Shown here piece after piece: positions 15,264-22,982 of a stretch of 24,000 nucleotides of DNA; the stretch's first letter is position 1; every line of letters starts with the position of its first letter. Origin of the DNA: Labrys okinawensis (GTDB lineage: Bacteria > Pseudomonadota > Alphaproteobacteria > Rhizobiales > Labraceae); assembly GCF_047345005.1 (NCBI RefSeq), contig NZ_CP178864.1, positions 6,935,049 to 6,959,048 of the forward strand. Direction: 5' to 3'. Under the pieces are notes generated by a model. The model did no database searches and was not told the origin of the DNA. It saw only the letters and a list, made by a program, of their open reading frames with translations. Both the position numbers and the translations under genes were made by a program.

Positions 15264-16640
15264 ATGGTCAGCGATGTTGCCATCATCGGCGCCGGAGTGG
15301 TCGGATGCGCGCTGGCCCGACGCTTTGCTCTGGAAGGCATAGGCGTCACACTGATCGAGGCCGGCTCCGACATCCTCTCCGGCGCCAGCAAGGCGAACAG
15401 CGCCATCCTGCATACCGGCTTCGATGCCCCACCAGGCAGCCTGGAGCTCGCCTGCATCAAGGCCGGGCACGCCGAATATCTGGCGATCCGCGAGGCGATG
15501 GGCCTGCCCCTCCTGCGCTGTGGCGCGCTGGTGGTGGCCTGGAACGAGGCGGAGGAGGCGGCGCTGGAGGGCATCCGCGCCCAGGCGCTCGGCAATGGCG
15601 TCGGCAATGTCGAGCTGGTTGGCCAGGAGAGGCTTCGCGCAGTGGAACCGGAGCTGTCGACGCAGGCCCGGGCAGCGCTATGCGTGCCCGACGAGGCGCT
15701 GATCGATCCCTGGAGCCCCTTTCTTGCCTATGTCGAACAGGCGATGGCACACGGCGCCACAGTGAAACTCAACACCCGCGTGACCGGCGGCTCCTTTGAC
15801 GGCGAGGCCTGGCACCTCGACACGAATACCGGAAGCCTTTCCGCCCGCGTCGTGATCAATTGCGCGGGCATCCAGGGCGATGTGATCGAGAAACTGCTGC
15901 TCGGCGCCTCCGATTTCGAGATCCGGCCTCGCAAGGGCCAGTTCGTTGTGTTCGACAAGGCGGCCCATGGCCTTGCCTCCGCCATCATCCTGCCGGTGCC
16001 GAACGAGCGCACCAAGGGCGTGGTGGTGACGCGGACGGTGTTCGGGAACCTCCTCGTCGGCCCGACCGCCGAAGAGCAGGAGGACCCCGAGTGCACCGAG
16101 GTCGACCATGACCAGCTCGAGGCGCTGATTCGCCGCGGCGTCGAGATCCTGCCGGCCCTCGCCCACATGCCGGTGACCGCCTGTTATGCCGGCCTGCGCC
16201 CGGCGACGGAAAAAAAGGACTATCGCATCGCCTCCAAGCCTGGCCAGAACTGGATCAGCGTCGGCGGTATCCGCTCGACGGGCCTGTCTGCGGCGCTCGG
16301 CATCGCCCGCTATGTCTTCGGCCTCTATGCCAGCCGAGCCAGCAAGGGTAGGCCTATCGACAACCCCACCATCCCTGTGGTGCCGAACCTCGCCGAGAAT
16401 TTGCCACGAGACTATGCCAGCCCAGGCTACGGCGAGATCGTCTGCCATTGCGAGATGGTGACTCGTCGCGAGATCGAGACAGCACTCGCGCGGCCACTCC
16501 CGCCCGGCGATTTCGGCGGCCTCAAGCGCCGCACGCGCTGTGCCATGGGACGCTGCCAGGGCTTCAACTGTGGTGCGCGCCTGGCGAGCCTGACCCGGGG
16601 CCGGTTTCCCGTCTCCCTCGATGCCGGGGAGGCCCGCTGA
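15264..16640 (+). CDS. FAD-dependent glycerol-3-phosphate dehydrogenase-like oxidoreductase (GlpA-type) with C-terminal BFD-like [2Fe-2S] domain
   Basis: The N-terminal dinucleotide fold is DVAIIGAGVVGCALARRFALEG. The C-terminal Cys cluster is CHCEMVTRREIE...RRTRCAMGRCQGFNCG. It is followed by an FAD/NAD oxidoreductase gene and a glycerol-kinase-like gene. Confidence 0.7.
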   Translation: MVSDVAIIGAGVVGCALARRFALEGIGVTLIEAGSDILSGASKANSAILHTGFDAPPGSLELACIKAGHAEYLAIREAMGLPLLRCGALVVAWNEAEEAALEGIRAQALGNGVGNVELVGQERLRAVEPELSTQARAALCVPDEALIDPWSPFLAYVEQAMAHGATVKLNTRVTGGSFDGEAWHLDTNTGSLSARVVINCAGIQGDVIEKLLLGASDFEIRPRKGQFVVFDKAAHGLASAIILPVPNERTKGVVVTRTVFGNLLVGPTAEEQEDPECTEVDHDQLEALIRRGVEILPALAHMPVTACYAGLRPATEKKDYRIASKPGQNWISVGGIRSTGLSAALGIARYVFGLYASRASKGRPIDNPTIPVVPNLAENLPRDYASPGYGEIVCHCEMVTRREIETALARPLPPGDFGGLKRRTRCAMGRCQGFNCGARLASLTRGRFPVSLDAGEAR

Positions 16641-17872
16641 TGGTGGAGGAGATTGTCGAGGCCGATGCTGTGGTGGTCGGCGGCGGTCCGGCCGGCTTGT
16701 CGGCGGCCACGGCGTTGAAGCGACTCGGCGTCATCAGCGTGGTGCTTCTCGAACGCGATTCTGTCGTGGGCGGTATCCCTCGCCATTGCGGCCATTCACC
16801 CTTCGGCATGCGGGAATTCCACCGGATTCTGTCCGGAACGCGCTATGTGGCGCGGCTGGAAGCAGAGGCGAAAGAGGTCGGCGTCGATATCCGCACCCGT
16901 CACTCCGTGCTGTCTGTCGGCGAGGGCGAGGTCTCCGTCATCTCGCCGGATGGCCCGCTTCGGGTCCAGGCCAACCGCACGGTCCTGGCGACGGGCGCGC
17001 GGGAAACGCCGCGCTCGGCCCGGCTCGTCTCCGGAGAGCGTCCGCTCGGCGTGCTCAACACCGCCGCCCTGCAGGCCTATGTGCATCTCGAAAAGCTCGT
17101 GCCCTTCAAGCAACCGGTGATCGTCGGAACCGAGCTGGTGGCGATGTCCGCTTTGCTGACCTGCCGTTCGGCGGGGATCCGCCCGGTCGCCATCGTCGAG
17201 CCGAATGATTGGCCGACCACCCGTTTCCCCTTCTACCTGCTGCCGCGCCTCCTGGGCGTACCCCTCCATTATGGCACTTCCCTCGACGCCATCGGCGGCA
17301 AGGGGCGTGTATCCGAAGTTACGATCAGGAACGGCACGCAGACCCGCACCATCGCCTGCGACGGCGTGCTCTTCACCGGTGCCTTCACGCCTGAATCCGC
17401 CCTCGCCCGGATGTCCGGTCTTGCCATCGACGACGCCAGCGGCGGGCCGATGGTTGATGGCTTCGGCCGGACGTCCTCGGCCTCGGTCTTCGCGGCGGGA
17501 AACCTGCTGCGCCCGATCGAGACCGCCGGCTGGTGCTGGGCCGAAGGAAAGCGCATAGCCGCCAGTGTGTTCGCGGATATCAGGCAGAGACTTCCCGACC
17601 GCGGGCGGACCGTCCGCGTACATGCCGGGGAGGGCATCAAGCTGGTGATGCCGCAGGAGATCAACCAAGGCACCGCGCGGCTCGCACTGCCCGATCTGCA
17701 GGTCCGCCTCAGCGCCAAGATACGGGGGACGTTGAAACTTTCGTTGGGAACAGGCACGATATGGTCGCGCACGATCGACAGCACTCCGGAACGACGCATC
17801 CTGATTCCAATCGCCGGACTCACCATTCCCGACGGGGCGACAGACCTGACGCTCAGCGTCGATAGCCAATAG
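16640..17872 (+). CDS. FAD/NAD(P)-binding oxidoreductase (pyridine nucleotide-disulfide oxidoreductase-like partner subunit)
   Basis: The ATG at 16640 shares its first base with the last base of the upstream stop TGA (16638-16640), so the two genes overlap by 1 nt. The protein begins MVEEIVEADAVVVGGGPAGLSAATALKRLG. The longer ORF-track start (16448) lies inside the upstream gene. Confidence 0.7.
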   Translation: MVEEIVEADAVVVGGGPAGLSAATALKRLGVISVVLLERDSVVGGIPRHCGHSPFGMREFHRILSGTRYVARLEAEAKEVGVDIRTRHSVLSVGEGEVSVISPDGPLRVQANRTVLATGARETPRSARLVSGERPLGVLNTAALQAYVHLEKLVPFKQPVIVGTELVAMSALLTCRSAGIRPVAIVEPNDWPTTRFPFYLLPRLLGVPLHYGTSLDAIGGKGRVSEVTIRNGTQTRTIACDGVLFTGAFTPESALARMSGLAIDDASGGPMVDGFGRTSSASVFAAGNLLRPIETAGWCWAEGKRIAASVFADIRQRLPDRGRTVRVHAGEGIKLVMPQEINQGTARLALPDLQVRLSAKIRGTLKLSLGTGTIWSRTIDSTPERRILIPIAGLTIPDGATDLTLSVDSQ

Positions 17873-17882
17873 GTCCGCCGCG

Positions 17883-19301
17883 ATGACACGTATCGTCTCC
17901 ATCGACCAGGGAACCACATCGACTCGCGCATTGGTGGTCGAGGAGGATGGCTCCATTGCGATCGCCAAAGCCATCAGGCACGGGCAGCACTACCCTCAAG
18001 CTGGATGGGTCGAGCACAGTCCGGAAGAGCTGCTTGCCAATGTCGTGGCCTGCCTGGAGGCCGCCGGACCAGCCGATGCGATCGGGCTCTCCAACCAGGG
18101 CGAGAGCTGCCTTGCCTGGGATGCGGTCAGCGGCAAGCCGCTGTCATCGGTGATCGTCTGGCAGGACAACCGCACGTCCCCCGCGATCGAAGCACTCCAG
18201 GCGGCCGGCAAGGCGCCTCTGGTGCTGGATCGAGCAGGCCTGCCGCTCGATCCGTATTTCTCAGCAAGCAAGTTCCGATGGTTCATCGACAACGTGCCGG
18301 CCGTCGGGGAGGCCCTGGCTGAAGGACGGCTGCGGCTCGGCACCACCGATGCCTTCTTCCTGAGACGCCTCACCGGCGAGGCCGCTACCGATGCGGCGAC
18401 GGCATCCCGCACTTCGCTGATGAATCTGAAGACCGGCGCCTGGGATCCCGAACTCTGCGACCTGTTCGGTGTGCCGCTCGCTTGCCTGCCCGAGATCAGG
18501 CCGAGCGTCGGCGCCTTCGGAAAGGCGGCGACAGGGCCGATCACCGCCTCCATCGTGGACCAGCAGGCCGCGCTCTACGGCCATGGCTGCCGACAGCCCG
18601 GCGATCTCAAGATCACCTTCGGCACCGGCGCCTTCTGCCTCGCCTTGACTTCGGGAGTGCCCGATGCGCCTTCCCTTGCCGGTGGCCTGCTGCCGACTGT
18701 GGCCTGGCATATCGGCGAGGAGACCGCCCATGCCCTCGACGGCGGGGTCTACGATGTCGGCTCCAGCCTCGAATGGGCGCTGAAGGCGGGCGTCGCGCAG
18801 GAAATCGGCGATTTCGCGGGCTTCGACCGGCCCCCGGCGATCGAACGCGGCCTCGTCTTCGTGTCGGCCTTCTCGGGCCTCGCCTGCCCCTATTGGGACC
18901 GCAGTGCCGCACCTGTCCTCATCGGCCTGACCCCTGCCTCGGATCTCGCCGATATGCGCCAGGCCCTGCTGGAAGGCATCGCGCTGCTGACCTGCGGCAT
19001 CCTCGAGGCGATGAACCAGGAGGTGGCGATCCGCGACACCGTCTCCATTGACGGGGGCGTCTCGCGCAGCCCCTATTTCTGCCAGTTCCTGGCGGATGCC
19101 TCGGGCCGTAACATCGCTCTCTCCACCCTCGACGAGATCACCGCCTTCGGCGCCGCCCAACTCGCAGGCTTGGGCATCGGACGAGAGATCGCGGCACCTG
19201 CCGATGCCAGGGGGCAGATCTATCGGCCCCGTGAGGTGCCACGAGAGGTTTGGCGGGCGCGGTTCCAGTCCGCCGTGGGACGGACGTCGGGCTGGCGGTA
19301 G
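17883..19301 (+). CDS. glpK: FGGY-family carbohydrate kinase, glycerol kinase-like
   Basis: The N-terminus IVSIDQGTTSTRALVVEEDG...YPQAGWVEHSPEELL is the classic GlpK pattern, and IVWQDNRT is present. At 472 aa it is somewhat shorter than canonical GlpK of about 500 aa, so the substrate is not certain. Confidence 0.7.
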   Translation: MTRIVSIDQGTTSTRALVVEEDGSIAIAKAIRHGQHYPQAGWVEHSPEELLANVVACLEAAGPADAIGLSNQGESCLAWDAVSGKPLSSVIVWQDNRTSPAIEALQAAGKAPLVLDRAGLPLDPYFSASKFRWFIDNVPAVGEALAEGRLRLGTTDAFFLRRLTGEAATDAATASRTSLMNLKTGAWDPELCDLFGVPLACLPEIRPSVGAFGKAATGPITASIVDQQAALYGHGCRQPGDLKITFGTGAFCLALTSGVPDAPSLAGGLLPTVAWHIGEETAHALDGGVYDVGSSLEWALKAGVAQEIGDFAGFDRPPAIERGLVFVSAFSGLACPYWDRSAAPVLIGLTPASDLADMRQALLEGIALLTCGILEAMNQEVAIRDTVSIDGGVSRSPYFCQFLADASGRNIALSTLDEITAFGAAQLAGLGIGREIAAPADARGQIYRPREVPREVWRARFQSAVGRTSGWR

Positions 19302-19401
19302 CACGGGCACGACCGCATCCGGGACCCCACTGTTTCCTTCCAATCCGGGGAAAGGGGCTCAATGGGAGGCCTTTCCGGCTTCCTCCTGATAGGGGCCTAA
19401 A

Positions 19402-19499
19402 GCGTTTTGCGATTTGACGGAATCGGCAAGAATCGCAAAGACGCGTCGAAACAAAGAGTTAGAGCAAAGCGGCGTTTACGCCTAAACGCGTTTTGCTCT
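19402..19499. repeat. Tandem-hairpin intergenic element (possible rhizobial intergenic repeat or small RNA/terminator module)
   Basis: Hairpin 1 pairs GCGTTTTGCGATT (19402-19414) with AATCGCAAAGACGC (19431-19444), giving 13 bp with one bulge. Hairpin 2 spans 19461-19499, AGAGCAAAGCGGCGTTTA-CGCC-TAAACGCGTTTTGCTCT, giving about 17 bp. On the minus strand both hairpins are followed by U-rich tracts (AACTCTTTGTTT and TTTAGG). Confidence 0.55.
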
Positions 19500-19722
19500 G
19501 GGGATCCCCGACTTCATTCAAGTTTCAGAACTATTTCAGCGTCGTTTCCGGACTCGCCTATTGACCTCTGCCACCATCGCATTGCTTGACGGCAAAGTTT
19601 GCGCCGGGATCTGCCGGTCCCGACGCTCGCGAACAGGGAGGGTGGCCCCGCACCGGCCGATCCAGCCTTGAGGCAGCGTGCCCTGGCATCCCCTCGGAAA
19701 CCCGGCTCGCAGGGGGCGCATT

Positions 19723-19772
19723 GGCACGCTGTCGCTTCAAGCGGCACGCTGTCGCTGAAGAGACGCGGCACG
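19723..19772 (+). promoter_or_regulatory. Direct repeats upstream of the DMT transporter gene (candidate regulator binding site)
   Basis: GGCACGCTGTCGCT occurs perfectly at 19723-19736 and 19743-19756, a 20-bp period. A third partial copy, GCGGCACG, is at 19765-19772. The repeats lie 64-113 bp upstream of the ATG at 19836. Confidence 0.4.
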
Positions 19773-19835
19773 ATCAAGCAATGCGATGTTGCGGGCTGCC
19801 GGATGAGATGGGCGCCCTCATGGCGAGGAGCGCCC

Positions 19836-20723
19836 ATGTCGAGAATGCTGGCAAACTGCCTGCTGTTGCTCGCAGCTGCGTTGTGGGGCTTCGGCAATGT
19901 CGCCCAGAAAACCGTGCTCGAGCATCTCGATCCCTTCAGCGCCGTCGGTTCGCGCTGCCTGATCGGCGGCCTCCTGGTCATGCCGCTGCTGTTGATGGAG
20001 CGCCGCTGGCGGTTCGGCCCCGGCCACCGGGCCTCGCTGGTGCGGCTCAGCGCCCTGTTCTCGATCGCCATCGTCCTGCAGCAGGCAGCCTATCTCACGA
20101 CCACCGTCACCAATGCGAGCTTCCTCGTCAACACCTGCACGGTGATGACCCCGGTCGCCGCCTGGCTGGTCATCGGCGAAAAGCCGACCCTCGTCGTGGC
20201 CTTTGCGGCCAGCCTCACGCTGATCGGCATCCTGCTCCTGTCGGGTGGCCTATCCGGCACCATCAATTCGGGCGACATGGCGGCGCTGCTCTCGGCCGTG
20301 TGCTACGCCCTGTGGATGGTCGAGCTAAGCCGGCACATGCAGAATTATGGCGGCGCCGTCTCGACGGCCATCGCCCAGTTCCTGAGCTGCGCCATCGTCG
20401 CGCTGCCGCTCGGCGTCCTCTATGGCAATTTCTCGCTGCAAAGCGCCTGGGCCGCGGCACCGGAACTGGCGGTGCTCGGCATCTTCTCGACCGCAGTCGC
20501 CTTCGGGATCCAAACCATCGCCCAGCGCTTCACGCCCGCCAGCCATGCCGCCGTGATCGTCAGTGGCGAGAGCGTGTTCGGCGCAACCGGCGCGGTGCTG
20601 TTCCTGGGCGAAAGCCTGAGTGTCGTCGCCGCGCTCGGCGGGACGATGGTGCTCGTCGCCATCGTCTACCTCGCTATCGCAGGCCAGCCGCGCGAGGCTG
20701 CAGGCCCGGCGGCCGCGAGCTGA
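19836..20723 (+). CDS. EamA/DMT-family (drug/metabolite transporter) permease
   Basis: The ATG at 19836 has GAGGAG 5 nt upstream. The protein begins MSRMLANCLLLLAAALWGFGNVAQK. It has about 10 hydrophobic segments and a two-fold EamA-like architecture. The ORF-track start at 19599 is a GC-rich upstream extension. Confidence 0.8.
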   Translation: MSRMLANCLLLLAAALWGFGNVAQKTVLEHLDPFSAVGSRCLIGGLLVMPLLLMERRWRFGPGHRASLVRLSALFSIAIVLQQAAYLTTTVTNASFLVNTCTVMTPVAAWLVIGEKPTLVVAFAASLTLIGILLLSGGLSGTINSGDMAALLSAVCYALWMVELSRHMQNYGGAVSTAIAQFLSCAIVALPLGVLYGNFSLQSAWAAAPELAVLGIFSTAVAFGIQTIAQRFTPASHAAVIVSGESVFGATGAVLFLGESLSVVAALGGTMVLVAIVYLAIAGQPREAAGPAAAS

Positions 20724-20740
20724 AGCATCGCGCTTCAGCT
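20718..20740. terminator. Inverted repeat spanning both stop codons of the convergent gene pair (possible bidirectional terminator)
   Basis: AGCTGAAGC-ATCGC-GCTTCAGCT gives a 9-bp stem. The DMT stop TGA (20721-20723) and the regulator stop (20735-20737, minus strand) sit in opposite arms. There is no U-tract on either side. Confidence 0.35.
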
Positions 20741-22267
20741 CCAGCCTGCCTTCTCCAGCGCCACGCGCAGCCAGGCATTGTCTGCCCCGCCTTCTTGCAT
20801 GGTGACGTGCTGCACCATCGCGGCAGTCAGGCCTGGCTCCAGCTCCCGCGCCTGGCGGACGCTGGCCGCGGCGCCCTTCATATCGTCCTGCAGGGCCTGG
20901 CAGACGGACAACAGGGCCCAGCGGTTGACATCCCCCAGCGGCAAGCGCGAGAGGGTCTCGGCTGCCTCGCCATGACGCCCGAGCAGCAGTTGCACCACGC
21001 CGCGATCAAGATAATACCAGGGCGGATGTACGGGATTGAGCTGCATCGCCCAATCCACCAGTTCGAGCCCGGCAGCCGGGTTCCCCATTATCGCCTTCAG
21101 CCAGCCCATCTGAGCGATGGTGTCGGCGTCATAGGGGTTGAGCTCCAGGGCCTGCCGATGATGCAAGTCCGCCGCCAGGAAATCGTGGCGTAGCATCAGG
21201 ATCAGGCCGAGGATACGATGGCAGCGCGCCTCGAAGGGGCTGAGCGAGACGCCGCGCAGCGCGTTGTCGAGGGCCGGGTCCAGCAGTTCCGGCGAGGTTC
21301 GGCCATAGCCGTTCTGCACCGCATCGGTCCAGGCGAGATAGGCAAAGGCAAGTCCCGACTGCGGATCGAGCGCTATGGCTTTCCACAGATGGGCCCGGGC
21401 CTGCCCGACCGCCTCCTCGCCATGAGCCCGCAGGAGCAAGAGCGCCTGCATGAGATGAGTATAGGCCTCGACATTGCGAGCGGGCGCCGGCGCCACGCGA
21501 TATGCGGCCGCGCTCTCGATGTTGAAGACCAGAGCGGATGCGATCCGCCTGGCCACGGTCTGGTGGAAATCGAAGAGGGCATCCGCTTCAAAGGAAAAGG
21601 CCTGCGTCCACAGCCGCCGGGCGGAGCGGGTGTCCGATAGGGTGATCACCACGTTGAACAGAGGGTCACCGCCATCGATCCGGCCTTCCACCATGAAATC
21701 GACGCCCGCCTCCTGGAGAGCCACCTGCATTCCGTCGGGCTCGGTGCGGGCCAGGGCGAGCGTGGAATAGCGCTCCAGCACGGACAAGGTCCTGAAATAG
21801 GACAGCGCGGTGGTGATCTCCTCCGCCACCGCGTCGAAGGCGGATTTCAGCGGCTCTTCCAGCGCCTGGCCACGGAAGGGAAAGACGGCGATGCGGGGTT
21901 CGGCCTGGCGTCTCTCAAGTCCGACCGGCAGCTCCGCCGAAGCTGGCCCCTCAGCCAGGGTGCCGGACGGCTGAAACATGTAGCCGCGTCGCGGCATGGT
22001 GCGGATGATCTGCTGCTGCTCGTCGCCGATGCATTTGCGCGCATCACGGATGCATTGGGTCAAGGAATCATCGGTCACCGTCGTGGAGGGCCAGACGACG
22101 TCCAGCAATTCATCCTTGCCAACGACACGGCCGGGATTGCGGGCGAGATAGGCCAGGAGCTGGAAGGTCTTGGGTCGCGGCAGTACCAGCTCGCCGGCTC
22201 GATAGAGCGTTCCCCGGCTGACGTTGAAGACGGATTCGCCGAGTCGATAGGTCAGCTCCTGTTCCAT
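20735..22267 (-). CDS. Transcriptional regulator: N-terminal OmpR/CadC-type winged helix, central TolB-N-like domain, C-terminal TPR repeats
   Basis: The ATG at 22267 has GAGAGGG upstream. The wHTH region reads LPRPKTFQLLAYLARNPGRVVGKDELLDVVWPSTTVTDDSLTQCIRDARKCI...RRGYMF. It is followed by IAVFPFRG...EEITTALS and then TPR-like helices. Confidence 0.75.
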   Translation of the reverse strand: MEQELTYRLGESVFNVSRGTLYRAGELVLPRPKTFQLLAYLARNPGRVVGKDELLDVVWPSTTVTDDSLTQCIRDARKCIGDEQQQIIRTMPRRGYMFQPSGTLAEGPASAELPVGLERRQAEPRIAVFPFRGQALEEPLKSAFDAVAEEITTALSYFRTLSVLERYSTLALARTEPDGMQVALQEAGVDFMVEGRIDGGDPLFNVVITLSDTRSARRLWTQAFSFEADALFDFHQTVARRIASALVFNIESAAAYRVAPAPARNVEAYTHLMQALLLLRAHGEEAVGQARAHLWKAIALDPQSGLAFAYLAWTDAVQNGYGRTSPELLDPALDNALRGVSLSPFEARCHRILGLILMLRHDFLAADLHHRQALELNPYDADTIAQMGWLKAIMGNPAAGLELVDWAMQLNPVHPPWYYLDRGVVQLLLGRHGEAAETLSRLPLGDVNRWALLSVCQALQDDMKGAAASVRQARELEPGLTAAMVQHVTMQEGGADNAWLRVALEKAGWS

Positions 22268-22837
22268 GATGAGCCCTCTCGGTATTTTCGGTCTGGCCAT
22301 TCGTCCGGCCCTTGCCTCGATTCTGTTTGAGGGTGCGGCCGGCCATATCCACCAGGTGACGGACATGATGGCCTCGGAAGGCGGGGCTCATCCGGGGCGA
22401 CTCGGCAGGCCATGAAGCCGCGACCATATAGTCCAGACCAGGCCCCATCGGCCGCATGGGGAAAGGACAGCGTGTCCGCGGGCGGCGCGCCAGGACTTGG
22501 GTAAAGTGGCCGGATCAGCCACCGGCAAAAAAGAATCTGAGAGCCGAGCCGGCTTGATCGGGCATAACATGTCGACCGCGCCCCCCGCGCAGTTCAGCAT
22601 TCGATGACACTCTAACGCCGGCATCGTTATTTGAGAGTGATATCACCCCTTGGCAATCGAGAGTTGCATGATCTAATCTGCATTGCCAGGAATTATGATT
22701 ATCATCAGAGTGTTTTGGCCCTGGTTTGTTTCCGGTCTTACTTAATGGTATTCGCACCGGCGCGAGCTTAGCCTTGGATCAAAGAAAGCAACAAGCACGA
22801 CGGACGCGGGCCATGGGCGCTAAGATTGCGGGCAGAG

Positions 22838-22879
22838 GCACACCAAACTCGGAGTGGCAGTCTCCGACTGCCATCTTCC
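22838..22879. repeat. Second (partial) copy of the palindromic intergenic element
   Basis: The stretch ACCAAACTCGGAGTGGCAGTCTCCGACTGCCATCTTCC matches 8899-8936 at about 34 of 38 positions in the same orientation. The hairpin TGGCAGTC-TCC-GACTGCCA is retained. The right arm (GCCACTCC) is absent or degenerate. Confidence 0.65.
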
Positions 22880-22982
22880 CTCTGTATAAAATGCTCCGTT
22901 TCGAGGAATGGCAAAGCATCTTCCGTCTGAATCGGCCGGCGGACGCATGGGCGTCCTTGCGGACAACGGGCGTGCTGCGCAA

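Noticed and set aside
14207-15607. 466-aa minus-strand ORF over the MBL hydrolase and the start of the GlpA-like gene
   Set aside because: It is antisense to genes with clear HxHxDH and GxGxxG motifs. It crosses an intergenic gap and has shadow-frame composition.
16796-19343. 392-aa and 360-aa minus-strand ORFs (16796-17974 and 18261-19343)
   Set aside because: They are antisense to the oxidoreductase and GlpK-like genes. They have low-complexity Arg/Gly/Asp-rich translations and no motifs.
19407-19589. 60-aa plus-strand ORF (TTG start) over the tandem hairpins
   Set aside because: It is made almost entirely of the hairpin repeat sequence, with a basic low-complexity translation. This is typical of a spurious ORF across an intergenic repeat.
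19586-21193. 535-aa plus-strand ORF overlapping the DMT gene in another frame and running into the regulator gene
   Set aside because: It is out of frame with the clearly hydrophobic EamA protein and antisense to the TPR regulator. Its translation is Arg/Pro/Gly-rich.
22388-22757. 78-aa and 80-aa minus-strand ORFs, and the 105-aa plus-strand ORF (22726-23043), in the long intergenic interval
   Set aside because: They have no ribosome-binding sites and atypical composition. Alternative start codons are involved, and one ORF reads through the repeat element. I treat the region as non-coding.
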